Origin: the human T2T-CHM13v2.0 reference genome, Homo sapiens
Strand: one strand, 5' to 3'
Length of the DNA: 64,000 nt
Assembly: GCF_009914755.1 (NCBI RefSeq)
Contig: NC_060927.1
A model generated the notes under the pieces. The model ran no database searches. It had not been told where the DNA came from and worked only from the letters and a program-made list of their open reading frames with translations. Below, piece after piece: positions 26,601 through 40,596 of the stretch. Within the stretch, counting starts at the first letter, position 1. The number at the start of each line of letters is the position of its first letter. Position numbers and translations under genes: made by a program.

Positions 26601-28227
26601 AGGATGAATTTGGTGAGTCAGTGAGTGGGGCGACCAAGATATTTCTGGAGGAGAGACTGGAGAACCTCCTCATCAGGCTGCTGTGCAAATGGGCTTGACT
26701 AGCAGGCATGTATTTAGATACCATCTTGCTTTGAAAGGAATTTACAGTAGCTTAAAAAATGTGCCATGACAAGATAAAATAAAGAAAAATAAGGAGGTGA
26801 TGAAATAGAGGCAGAGGAAAAATTAAGGTAGGAAAAATGAGATGAAGATAGGATTACAGTTAGTACAGTTAGCTGGATTTGATCCCTATATTCTGGGGAC
26901 TTGCTCTCTAGGGCTTATGGACAGAGACCACTGTTAAAGATAGCATGTGTGGAGTGAAAGCAGAGACTGTGAAGTGGTGATGGCTGAAAGACTTGCAGCC
27001 CTGAAAGTCTCTGCTCTCAGTACCAAGCTCAATGATCCGTGCTGAGAGGTCCAGGAAGCATACACATACATACTTACCAGGTCCTTGCAGAACCTGCTGG
27101 CATTCTTTGTTTACTGAGAACATACCATACTGAGTCTAGATTCCAAGGCTTTGTTCCTGCTGGAACTTTTGCTTGAATGTTCTTTGCATCCTAGCCATTG
27201 TCTTTATGAGGCTGCAGCATATCCCACTGCCTATGGGGAAGAGATCTTCTATGACATCACCCTGTTTCCATCTCTGATCTCTCTGAACACGTTCCATGAC
27301 TTGTCATCACAAACCCCCTTTCGTTATTGCTGTTTCACATGGTAGGTGTTTGCTACCCAGCTAGACAGACGTTAAGCTCCTGGCGGACAGCTGGGAACTT
27401 GTTTCCTAAGTCTCAGTGCCTATCCCAGTGTTGTTTATAAAGTAGCGGCTATGTAAATGTAAGCTTGACCTTCCCTTCCTCTGGCATTTGCCTTGTGTGT
27501 CCATTTCAGTGGGTCCTCAGCCCAGTCAGGAGGTCTTGGTTTTAGGACTCCTCTGTCATTGTCGTGGGTCTGTCCCTTCTCCTTTCTAGGTCTCAGTTTT
27601 GCCACCTATAAAAAGAGAGGATTTCACTGAATGACTGTTAAAGTCCCTTTCACATATATAATATTTGTGTGATTGAAATTGACTTAATTAGGGATAGTTT
27701 CTGCCTTGTCTTGCTCGCTTCAACTATCTTTTTTTTGTGTGTGTGCTGATATCTGTCATTGAAAGGTTTCTATTCATGTTTAAACCTCATGTTTAAAACT
27801 TAGCATTTCTATGTGGAAGGTGATCAGTAAGGGGAGGGAGGCAGCCTTGTGCCTGATTAGATGACATGGGTGGCATGGTGTACATGCCTGCATAGGTGTG
27901 CTGGGATGCTTGGTGATCTGAGCTCAGTTAGGTGTTACGTGGTGGGTGACTTCTGTAATGGTGTCATCCCATCCCTTGCAGGTATAAGTTTGCTGGAAAT
28001 TCATTGACTAAGCACTTTCCAAATGCAATCTCTATTTCTCCCAACAACTCTGAAATGTAGTAGTCACTCCCATTTATAGCTGCAAAAACATACCCAGAGA
28101 GGTTAAGTGATTTGCCAGAAATGTTCAAAACGAAGATCTCACCTAAGGCTGTCTGGCTCCAAAGCTTGGGTTCTTTTCATCAACATTGCCTTGCAACTCA
28201 ACCCAAAAGAGGAGAGCTGAAGACATC

Positions 28228-28551
28228 TGTCTTAGTCTATCTGTGCTGCTATAGCAAAATACCTGGTACTTGGTAACTTATAAAGAACAGAAATTTATTG
28301 CTCATAGTTCTGGAGGCTGGGAAGTCCAAGATCAAGGAGCTGGCAGGTTTGTTGTAAGGATTCAGTCTCTGCTTCCAAGATTGTGCCTCGAACGCTGCGT
28401 CCTCTTTTATGAGGGCCTTAATCTCATTCATAATGAGGGGAGAAGCCCTCATAATTTAGTCACTTCTTAAAGACCCCACCTCTTAATACCATCACATTGG
28501 CCATCAAGTTTCAGCATCTGAATTTTGGAGGGGATCCATCTGAACCATAGC
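28228..28551 (-). mobile_element. MaLR solo LTR (MLT1A/MST-like)
   Basis: tgtcttagtc...gctgctatagcaaaatacc...gttctggaggctgggaagtccaagatcaagg...cttaataccatcacattgg...aaccatagc. Confidence 0.88.
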
Positions 28552-31500
28552 TCTTTTCATCAACATTGCCTTGCCCCTCAATTAAACCCAGAGAAAGAGA
28601 GCAAAAGATGTCCATGTCACAACTATGTAGGAAGGTGAGAATTTCCCAAATTACAAAGTGTCTCCTCTGTTAGAATTTCCCTTGGGCACATCAGGTCTTG
28701 AGTCAGAGAGATTCCTAAAAGACCTCTTGAAGATCTCTTCTAGGCTAAGGAATCTGAGACTTGAGGAATAAGATGTATTTCTATGCCAGGTTTCAAGTTT
28801 CTTTCTTCTAACAACTAAAGCTGGATGTTTTTTCCATAGGCTGTTGACACCAGGGAAGAAAAAGAGGATATTGTACAGGATAAATGTAGTGGGAGAGGAG
28901 CTATTCCTTTTTAAGTAGTGGATATCAATTTCCTAAATACAATCCAGGAACATATTACACTTCCTTCTGCAAGTCCTTGTAAAGGCAGCAGCTCAGTGCA
29001 TTCTTATTCCTGGACTTGTTCTGTTCTGATCTGCTCCCTGTATCTGCTCTCTGTGTCTCTTTCTGTTCCTCTGTCTGTCTGTCTCCCTCTTTCCAACCAA
29101 CACTTGAAAGTGGTCTCTTCCTGTTGATAAAGCAAATATCTGCAGTTTCACCTGACAAGTCAATCAATGCCATTGATGAGGTGGTTACTGCAAATGAATT
29201 CCTGTTCTACTTGTGAGATAACCTTGAAATGAAAGAGAAGATGGGGATCTTGGCCCAGGGGAATTTAGCCCATAGAGGTTTCCTGGAGGTAACAGTGAAG
29301 CCCATCCTCCCACACCCCCAGGAACCTGGAAATAATAGAAATGAAGCTGCCTCTGAAGGTTCAATTAGGTCCATCCATGTATCCCCCATGGATGTGATCT
29401 ACCATCTGTAGCTATGGACCAGGAGGTGTTTTGCAAGTATGTGAAGCCAAAGACTCCATCAGCATGACCTGGAAATAATCTCAGGGATATTGGCTGAAAT
29501 GAGATTGTAATTTAGTAACATAAAACCTAATTAATTGCTCTGAGTGCAATTTGGAGAAAGATTGTATAGAAGGTGCTGGCCAGCCAGGGCACTTCTGAAA
29601 GGCAAGTTGAAGCAGAAGCTGGTGGTGCCCATTCAGACTCTGGCTGCCCACCAGGGCCCTTTGGTTCTCCAACAGGATGAGCACTATTCTTGCTAGTCCA
29701 TCCTATCATGGCCTGCTGATGTTGAACCATGACTTGCTCTGCAGACTTCCCAAGCCTTGATTACATGTTCATCATGCAACGTTCTGATGACAGCTTGGCA
29801 TCTCCAGTGCATCAGCCTACACTGATTACAGTGAACTGAGCATTCCAGGGTCCTGTGGCAGTTGCGTTTCACTGTTACTTTTGGCACTCAAGATATGGAG
29901 TTTCTGGCTTATACATCAGCCTTGTGAGCTTGGTTAATACGAATCTTCACCCAGTGATAGATCTGCTCCCAAAGTCCTGACCCAGTCTAGTTTCAGAGCA
30001 CACACACTTTACCTTGTGGGTTAATCAAGAACAATGTCATCTGTGGAGCCTCTTGGAAGCAGTAAATGGCCCACTCCTTTTAAAATTGCAGGCATGCTGC
30101 CTTTTCTATGCAAACTTTACTCAAGAACAGGCAGCAATGACATTGACACATAGGAAGGACTTCACAATTTATTAAGCAATATATAGACAAGCCTAAGAAA
30201 ATAGTGTGCAAAAAGATACTATAGGCACAACTAAGAGCCAAGGAGCTGTAGAACACAGAACTACCATCAGTCACCCCCATTTTTTTTAAGTAGCCTTTTA
30301 AAAGCCGCATTTAGACTGAGGAGAAAATTTAAAAAGGAATAAATCTTCTGTTTAGGAAGATGTTAATATTAGCTAATATCAATGGATTGCTTATTATGCA
30401 CTAACTACTGTATCAAGCTCTGTAAAATAAGCATTACCATAATTGATCCCCAGAACTACCCTTTTAAGCAGATAAACACTATTTTACCTGTTTGGCAAAG
30501 GAAGATATTGAGCTCTGAGTTCACTGAACTCATAATTAGGAGTGCCAGGATTCGAACCTATGCACATAGCTACTATAATTTATTGGAATAGGCTTTTGCA
30601 GGTGACACAACATGGAAGTCCTTTGTCTCTGACTTCTCCATCAAGGCACTGACCTCAAGCCCAGAATAGTGTAGTAACTTTCAAGTTCTCATCATGCTAT
30701 AGGATGACTGAGGGGAGAAGTTCTGTGGCCTGTAGTTTGAAAGGAATGAACGGACTTGGACAGCAGAGATAGAGGCTAAGAAAGTGTTGCAATGCCTCTT
30801 ACCAGGTTGGAGGTAGTAGGAGAAGCAGAATAGATGGATGGGATAGGTTACAAGGGAACAGTGGGGCTAGGCAGGGGATGCTGAGCTAACTCAGGTTTGC
30901 ATTTCTACAGTCAGCTTCCTGCTATATGCCCAAGACAGAGATGCAGTAACAAAAATGGAAGGAATGGATAAATCCAATTATACTCTATTGTTTGTTTTAG
31001 AATTCTCAGTTCATAGCTTCAGAATGACTTTTCTATGAATGTTTGCCCTGAATTTCTAAATCTGGAGTTCCATGAATTGAATGGGCACCGTCATGAAGAA
31101 GGAAGGGCAGGGCCATGGCAGGCCTGACTGGTCAGGGTTTAACCAAATCAGTGGACAATCTCTTTGATAGTCTAGTCAGAAGCATTTTCTGTGAGTTAAA
31201 TCTGGATTTGTTCCTGTTTTCCAGGCATATGTAAGTTTTGGAGCCCACAATCACAAGGTCCAGAGAATGGAGCCCAGAATTTATCTTATCTGGAGAGAGG
31301 AGACTAAGAAACTATTATGAAGTAGATAGATCCCTCACGCTGAAACTCAGTTACCTCTTCCTCATCAACTCTTAGAACCTGGAAAGACTGTCCTATCATT
31401 TCTCTTGGTCTGTGCTTCTTTCTCCTGCCTGGAAAGTGTAGACCCATAGAGTACCTCACATTAGCTCCCTCCTACAGATTATAAGAATGTTATATAAGAC

Positions 31501-34500
31501 AAGTTCTAGTGTCCTGATGGCTTATGAACAGCACTTTCAAAATTTCTTTAATTTGGAGACATGTCAGTGTATTTTTTCATTTTGTTTCTGGCCTCCAAGT
31601 AGTTCACTGAAAAAGTGTTTTTCCTGTTGTGTTGTTGTTCAACTTAAAAAAGCTTTTTACTATAGTATCTTGGAAATTTCATGTAAATTAGATTTATGTA
31701 AATAGACAGATTTTCATTAGTTCACATTCATATTTACTCTCTCAAAAACTATTACAAACAAGCTTTGCTTTTATAAGAGCCTTACTGTCTTTTCCTTTCA
31801 TAGATCATGCTTGCTTGCATGCTCAGAAGTCCTATTCTTAAGCTATGTCCTGCCTACTTTCCTGGTATGAAAATTAGAATTCTCCCTGGATCCTTTCATA
31901 TGAATGGAGGCTACATGGGCACTCTGCCAGTTCTAGAGCATGAGTGACTTTGTAATCAGAGGTTACACATTTTGGGCAGCCTCACCACAGTTTCACCCTT
32001 GACTTCCTTTAGGACTCCCAGGTGGATGCCATGTGGTTCTGGTGATTTATTTACACTTCATTTGTCAGTCAGGTTCCCATGCCCTCACTGCAGTTTCAAC
32101 CCTGACCTCGCTCCTGTCCATCAAGGAGAGCAAGTTGGGAAGGATTTTCATTCTTGAGGACACCACTTGTACTAAGAGTATCATCAATTGTTTCCACTGA
32201 TTTGGTCCCATTGGAACAAAATAACCTTTGGGATTGACCTTGGCATTGGCATCTCTCAGGTTTATTTTTGGTCTCATTATTTTCCTGGTTGTTCCATTTT
32301 TATGAGCCATTTCTTTCTCCAGGTTCTCTGTGAAATCTCTATCTGGTCATGCAGGGATGCTTGCTTTCTTGAGGGTCTGCTATTTTAGGCCCTGGCCTCA
32401 CCCCATCTATCCTGGAATTCTAATACTATTTAAAAATAATAGACTGTGACTTTATAAAATTTTCCTTTTCATCTTCCCTTAATAATCTCACTCTCTTTCT
32501 CTGAAATTTGGCATTCGGGTTTGGGGTGCAGCTTGAGGCAGGAGCAGGACAAGCTGTAGAGAGGGAGTATTGTGCATTCTTACCAAGAGGCCCTTTGGCA
32601 ATGCAGATGCAGAGCTGAGCATGCTGTCTGAGTCAGGGCAAACTCTGTTCCTGAGGCTTGTGTTCTGAGTCAAGATCTGCACCAAGGACGGCCCAAGGTT
32701 GCCAGCGTTGTGAGTGTACCCCTGTCTCTGCAGTGTGGCCTATGTGCAGGCTTCCTTCCACACCCCATCTCGCATACTGGCCTGACATGCTTCCTGTGAT
32801 GAGGCCAGAATCTCTGCAGGACAGACTAAGAGAATGGGCTGAAGTGGCAGCACTAGGTGCCCCTAGTTTGCAACTTCTGATTCTGGTTCAAACTCCTCGG
32901 TTTACAGATTAGGAAACTGAGATCCAGAGAAGTTAAGCTTCTGGCCCAACGTTACAGGGAGTCAGTGAAGGAGTCAGAGTCACTACCTGTGGCCTCTAAC
33001 TCCTGTCTGCTGCTATTCCACTTCTTAGTGCTGGTTTAGGACCAGACATTGTCTGTGCTGGGTCAGGCTGGCCAGAGGAGAGTGGACCTGGGTGGTAATG
33101 GTTGTGTGATGCCTCATGTCACATTATTAGCCCTCTGCTTTTGTGAGTTGCTGAGCTCAGATGGCCCAAATGGGTGGGAAGGCTCAGGGAATTCAGGAAG
33201 CTTTTTCAGGTAGCAGCAATGCTTAGGGAGAGGAAGAGAGTGGGGAGGATTTAGGCTGCCCCCTGGTTTGGAGCTCCTGAGGACTTAAGGCTGCGGTACT
33301 CCCACCCATTCATTCCTACTCTTTCCCATGGCATGCACATATGCAGAGCCACTTCCAAATCCGCATCCTGCCAGTCATTCAGGTGCATAGCTTGGGATCA
33401 TCCTTAATTGTCCCCACTCTTCCTCTGGAATTCCTCAGCTCTGAATCCCCTTGCCAGTCCTACCGCCACTCTCCAGTTCAGAAGTTTAATGATACACCAT
33501 TGGGACTATTGCAATAGGCTTCAAACCTGACTCCTAATCTATTCTCCCCATTACTGTCTGATATGTCTTCCCAAGCACAATCTTTGAACCTTGGCATGGT
33601 CCTGCTCAAAGTAGCTCCCATTGGATAAAGTAGCAACTCCTTAACTTGGCATCCCAGGCTCCAAAGCACCACAGCATTGCTGCCATCGTCATAAGGCTGG
33701 CCTGGGTGTGCATCCCAGCTCTGCCACTTATCAACTGTGACATCATGGGCAATTTTCTTGACTTCTATGAACACGTTTGCTTCTTTTGATAGGGGGTTTT
33801 ACATGGAATTGTTTCAAAGACTAAATGAGATCATGAATGTAAAGCAGTTAGCCTGGCATATACTGACTACTCAAAGGTATTATTCAAGGACCTCTACGCT
33901 CTGGCCCCGGTATTACCTGTCCCATAGGCTTAGCTCCAGTGTGAACTACTTGGTGATCTCTGTGCCTTTGCTCCTGTTTTTCCATCCTCTAATATTCATC
34001 TTTTTGTGGTGCTCCTTTATATATTTTGTGCCATAGGTATTTGTGTATTGTCTTGACTTCCTTACTCAACTGTATGTTGTTAGAGGGCAGGACTTGGGTC
34101 TGACTCCTTCTGTACTATACTAGCATAAGAGACACAAAGTGTTTGTGGAATGGATATTTACCTCAGTAAAACAGCTGCCTAGACTGGGGTTCCATATTAA
34201 ATAGTTAATTGATAATGTGTTTATTTATAATAGCCTCATGGATATTTATTGGGTCCTACTGTGTTTAGGGGCTCATTGGTAAAAGCATCAGGTACAGTCT
34301 AGGCCCTGCCATGTAATGGGGAAACAGACTGGTAGAGTGGCCATAAGGATGGTGACAGGGCAGGTGCAGGGCTGTGGTTGGGGAGGTACAGGGCTGTGAT
34401 GGGAGACACTGAGGAGGCTATGGGAGCACATAGCAGAGACAACAAACATAGTCCTAAAATCCTGAGGGCTTGCTGGAAGAAGAGGTCTTTCACCTGGGAC

Positions 34501-35622
34501 TACAAAGATGAGTAGAACCTTGACTCAGGCACATAGTAAAATTGCTTTAAGTCTCAGTTTAAAAAAATCTTGTTTTATTTGCATTTACTTGCAAGCACTT
34601 ACAGAAATACTTCCTTAGTACTAGGTTTTCTGAAGTGATCTCTCACTCTCAACCAAGGCAGTTGTTAACATTTGAAGGTTTCTAGGGACTGGGATGAGGG
34701 TTATTGATTGTATTCAAATTTTACCAAGCCAACAGCTGTGGCTGGAGACAGAAAGTTTTCTCTTTTAAGAGCTGGCTGGAAGATTATTCTCTTCTATTTG
34801 GGAAAAGATAATCATATACTTTCAGGCTGTTGGGGTGGGGCCTATTCTGTTTTTGTTTGTTGCTTGCTTGTTTTGTGGCTTCAGCTGTGTGGATACAGAG
34901 CAGGAAGGCTAGAAGCAGGAAGAGGCTGGGGTGTTTTTCTGACCCTACAGATAGTTCTTCTTGGGTCGAGAAGAAAGACTGTAGTAGCAAACATGATCTG
35001 CAGCTGCAGAGAAAGCAGAGGGGATTTTTGCATCAAGGACAGACATGGGGATGAGGAACTGTATACAAGTCAGGAAACTTGACACCAGAGAGAGGAGGCC
35101 ACAGAAGATAAGGGGTCTCCGTAGACCCTGTACAAAAGAAATGTACAAGAGGAAAGTAAATGGATTAAGAATCATTGTGATGGAATAATCAGAAAGATTA
35201 TGAATGATACATGTTTCTTTAAAAGGGATTACTTTTTTGGCTTAGTGCTTGCACTCTATTCTCTTATTTTATCATTTTATTTTTAAAAGTATTAAACTGT
35301 GCTAACTTCTTTTTAACCACACCTAACTTTTAGGACCCAGAGCCCAAGGCATCTACTGCCACGTGGTGGTACAGTATACCACCTGTGGGATTTGGAATTG
35401 ATGAGAATATACATTAATTGAAAATTGATTCTGCAGTCAAAATATGGAATCATAGAACATAGAGTTGTTGGAGATATTAAAGATTACATAGTTTTTCTTC
35501 TAATAAAACCCAACATCTTTTATATACAGTATTTTAGTTGAATACCTCCAATAACAGGGAGCTCATGATCTGGCCTGACAGGCTATTTTGTCATTCATTC
35601 TTGTTAGTTAGAATGTTTTTTC

Positions 35623-35923
<301 letters not shown>

Positions 35924-37617
35924 CTATTTATTTTTTAATAGAAAAAATCACTTGTATTTATTTGTCTTCATGTTTACCTCTGGAGAAACTCAAGTTTAGT
36001 GATTCATCTATATAATAAGCTTTCAAATATTTGCAGGAACGTGTTTGTTTCCTCCGTAATCTTTTTGTCTTCAAGTTAAACAGTTGTAGTTCCATATTTA
36101 TTATTCTGATGTCATGCTTTTCAGAATCCCCATAGCATTTCTTTCCTCTACTTTCTTTCTGTGTTGCCAGTGTTCCTGCTGCCAGAATTGGATCCAACCC
36201 AGTGTTCCAGACATGATCAGCTTAGTGAACTCTAGTACTTGCAGGCTGTCTGAACACCAAACTTCTAACACCTTCTGTATAGTATGAGTTAGCTTTCTGT
36301 AGCCTTTCCACAATGCTGACTCCTCTTAGGTTTGTGGTAACTGAAAGCCCAAGAATTTTTATCCTTTCCCACATTGTAAAACTTTTTTTTAAAAGCTGAA
36401 AGCAAGGCTGAACTTTAAAAAGAAAGCTTAATTACACAAGTTTAACACAAATACATTCTGAATTTCAGAGGTTACTCATAAAGCCAAAGCCTTTCTGAAC
36501 TCCATACTAACTCAGTTTCTCTTTGGAGGTAGATCCTGGTATTAGTTATTAGGGGTCCTTCCAGACCTTTCTGTGCATTTACATAGATAGATAGATATCA
36601 GCAGAAATGTGTAAATTGTGTATGTGTGTTTGAGGTTAACATATCGTTTTGCAAGTTTCCTGCATGCAACATGTCCTGGAAATCTGCCTAGTATATTTCA
36701 CAGTGTGGATATTCCGTAGTTTTCTTAACAATTCTTTGATTATTTCTCTTTTTTAAAATCATCATAAACAGCGTCTCCTTGTACGCATGTACAAGTGCTT
36801 CTCTAGGGTAGATACAAAAGACTGAGTGAGTGGTACATGCATGTTTATTTTAAAATGTAGATCTCAGATATGAAATTTGCCCTTGTTAATTTTGACCTAG
36901 TGTTAGTATCTGCCCAGATAATTTTACATCTTGATTTGGGTCATCTATTATAATATTAAGCCCACTATACCAGTTCTGCATCATCTGCCCACAGTATAAG
37001 CATATCTTTGATCTCCTGATCTAAGGAAATGATTGTTTTAAAAGTCAAACACGACAATCAAGGGAGGAGTTCTGTGGCCATTACCAGAGACCTGCATTCC
37101 ATCTAAAGCTCACTGTATTCTCCTAACAAACACTTTGGTCTGTGCAGTTTAACTACAGCAATTCTACCCAACTATACGCTCATCTCATTCATTTTTCACC
37201 ATTTTATATACAAGAATTTCATGGAGGACATTTGTAAAAGGCTTAGCAGAAATCCAGGCTCACCTTCTATGACATTCTCCTGTCTACTGTAGCGGGACTG
37301 TCATGGAGAGAAATGAGAATAGCACATATTGCTCCCGGGCACGTGTTATTTAAAATAGATCCTGGTAACACTTTAATGAGCAATGTGTTTATGTACCTCT
37401 ATGCAAGAGTGTATTCAGTCTCAAAGATATCAAGAAAAAATAAGCTGTCCACTCCCAGTTGCCTGTCTTGCCTACATGTTCTCAGTCTAGTTGGTCTCCC
37501 AGGGAAACTGTCTGATGGCTGAGACATAGCTGCTTTAGTGACAAGCTCATGGGTTATATTTCCAATGTTATTCAAGCTAATTTGTCCTGCCTCAACATAA
37601 CATAACAGAGGTAAAGG

Positions 37618-37882
37618 GGCCAAGCACAGTGGCTCATGCCTATAATCCCAGGTCTTTGGGAGGCCAAAGCAGGCAGATTACTTGAACCCAGGAGTTCAAA
37701 ACCAGGCTTGGCAACGTAGGGAGACTTTGTCTCTACTAAAAATACAAAAATCAGCTGGATGTGGTGGCACACACCTGTAGTCCAGCTACTGAGGCCAAGG
37801 TGGGAGGATCCCTTGAGCATGAAAGTGAGCCAAGATCAAGCCACTGCACTCCTGCCTGGGTGACAGAGTAAGACCCTGTCTC
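37618..37882 (+). mobile_element. AluJ-like element with no poly-A tail or TSD
   Basis: Dimer body ends at gaccctgtctc and runs straight into unrelated sequence. Confidence 0.85.
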
Positions 37883-40596
37883 CTCTTTCCAGATCTATTG
37901 AGAAAAGACTCCTTCCACCTCTCAGAATGCCCTACTCCCTGCGGAGGGACCTGCTTAAGTGGTGACTGATAGACAAGGCCTTAAGATAAGCTTTTTCCTT
38001 AACAAAACACCGGGCTCTTGAAGTCTTGGTGAGTGAAGGGACAGAAGGTGGGGCTGATTTTTTGAGACAATGCACTCTCCTGTATTGAAACAAGGCAGGT
38101 CCATTGCAAGGTCTGCTTCCACCACTGCAGGGAAAATACCAGAAACCTGGCAAGGCTGGGGGCACCATCAGTGTTTCAACCTTTGGACAACTGTTAACAA
38201 AATAGAGGAGTAAATAGTGATTAGTGTTTTCTATTGATAGACAAATTCTCAGCTGCCACCAGTATCCTGACAAAATAATAGGAATTAACTAAGAGGTCAT
38301 ATAGCACAGTGGTCTAGGCATGGGAACTCAGCCACCTGAGTTCAAATCCCAGCTCTGTTACCCCCAGCACCTTGCATTTGGCAAGGTACTTAACTTCTCT
38401 GTTAGTTGGACAGTACAGTCGTCGTTGGGAGGATTAAATGGGTGAAAAGTGTAAGAGGCCTAAGATAGTGTCTAGCACGTAGTGTTCAAGAGATGTCAGC
38501 TATTCTTTAAACACAATTTAAAAATATTTAGAAGATGTCTTACAGTTTGATTTGGGGCTTTCTCTGGAATCCCTTCCCACCTCTCCTGGTCTTTCTCTCC
38601 CCTCCATGTGCAGCTTTCCTTGGATCATTTCTTCTGCTGCTGCTCTGGATCTGAATTGTTCCCTCTGGGACGGTTTCCGTGGAAAGGGAGGCTGGAGTGG
38701 CTAGGATCTCTAGGCTCTTTACCACTCAGGGACCAGCAAGGAAAACACACTACATGCACTCAGGGCACAAGAAAACAGTGGCTAATGGCTCAGAAGGGTT
38801 TCTGAGAGCAGGCCTGGGGTCTGCCTTACATCGCTTAGTTGAGTGAATTATTTGTAAATGGCTGTTGATGGCTCTGGGTTTAAACCCCATGCAAGCCTGA
38901 GAGCAGCTGCTCCCAGCCGACTTAACCTCAGTTTCCCTGAGGCTGGAGCAGCCACAGACCTCCCATTGTGCAGGCCTGTGTGGCTGCACATGTCCTGAGG
39001 ATGGTGGATGCCACTCTGCATCCTGCCTGGAGAGATCACTGTAGGGTGACCTGGGAAATGGTCCCAGTCAGGGTTTCTAATCAGTTTTACCAAGGACTTT
39101 CCAAGTGGGAGAGCCCCACAGGGGTGGCAGGACAGGCTGTGGCATCTGCTCCTCTGGACGTCTCACCCCAGCCCAATAATCCCCCACGCCTCAGGGGAGA
39201 GGGGCTGAGCCAGCAGAGGTGGGGGATGGAGGAGACGACTTCTGGAGGACCCTGCCAATCTGAGGACATCCACATGGAAAAGTTACTGCGTCAACACATT
39301 AGCAGAAAATAACACACTTTTCTCTCTGCCAGCCAGTGTCCGCTTCACTCTTTCAGCGCTGAGGTTCAACATGCTCAGCTGCTCCAGGTGTGCTGTCCCA
39401 GATGTAAAGGGTAGACAGACCCTTACTGGGGGCTGAGAGGGATTGTGTGATCTTCAAATGCTCCATGTTGCTTGTGAGGGGAAGGCAGGTGAGGGAGGTG
39501 AGGGAGAGAGTGGGGAGGGTGCTGCCAGGGGACAGGGAGGGGAGCAGCCCACGGGGAGAGCACTCTGACACCTCAGCTGACTCGGATTTGACAGGACCTG
39601 TCCACTCTGGCCTCTTCTGTGGCTGCCCTCTGGCCTGAAGGGCGAAATGTCACTTCCCGGGAGCTTCTTTGTACCCTGCCCTGGCCAGAGCCACCAGCAT
39701 CAGCTCAGACCGGACTCTGTTCTGCGTTGGCAACCTATCCCTCCGCTGGCTGCCAGAATGGGGTGTGGAGGTCGGCTGGCCTCGGAGCTCCCACCCAGAC
39801 TTGGGATTTACAAAAGCACTTCAAACCAAATTCAGGGTCCAGAGAAAATCCTCCTATGTCACCCCCATCTCTTCTCCAAGTATAAACTGGCCCCTCTGAA
39901 AACTCCAGACCCCAAAAGCCCACACAGATGGAAGGATTTGGGGGCCCCCTCCTCTCCCCACCATCCAAGAACGTGAAATACCAGCAAACAAAAGTCTCAT
40001 GCAAATTAGGAAGCGAGCAGCTCTGTCTGCCCATGAGTGTGTGCTGTAGGGGCTGTTTTGGGATTTTGGCTTTCCTGACAGATCCCTTCAAACCCACAAT
40101 GCTATCAAGACTTAAGTTATTGTTGACCCCAACTCAGAGCTCCGTGCCATCTGGTCACTGCCCACCCTTCCCCTAACCTAAGACGCTGCTCTAAACAGCT
40201 CTTTACTCAGAGCTCCTCGCTGGCTTGAGCCTCCGTGTCCCCCACCTCCAAGCCTGTGAACAGAGCCCTCTCCACGCTGGAGCTGGGAATTAACTCAGGC
40301 TCAGGTCTCCTCTGGGGAGCCACAGGTGGGGGTGCCATGAGAGGGCTCTGCCAGACGGATGCCGAGATGTGGGCATGTGCCACAAAGACCAGGATCCCAG
40401 CCCTTAGCCCCAGCCTTGGTGCATGTACCCAAGGCCCCTGAGCAGGGACCTATCCTTGAGTGAGCAGGAAACAGGGGCACGACCCTCCTACCCAAGCTAT
40501 GGGCTGCTAACAGAGGTCAGCGAGACCAAGGCTGCATGAGCTAGCAGTGGCCCTGGTACAGAGGCCCCTTCTTCTCCAACCCCCACACTCATTTAC

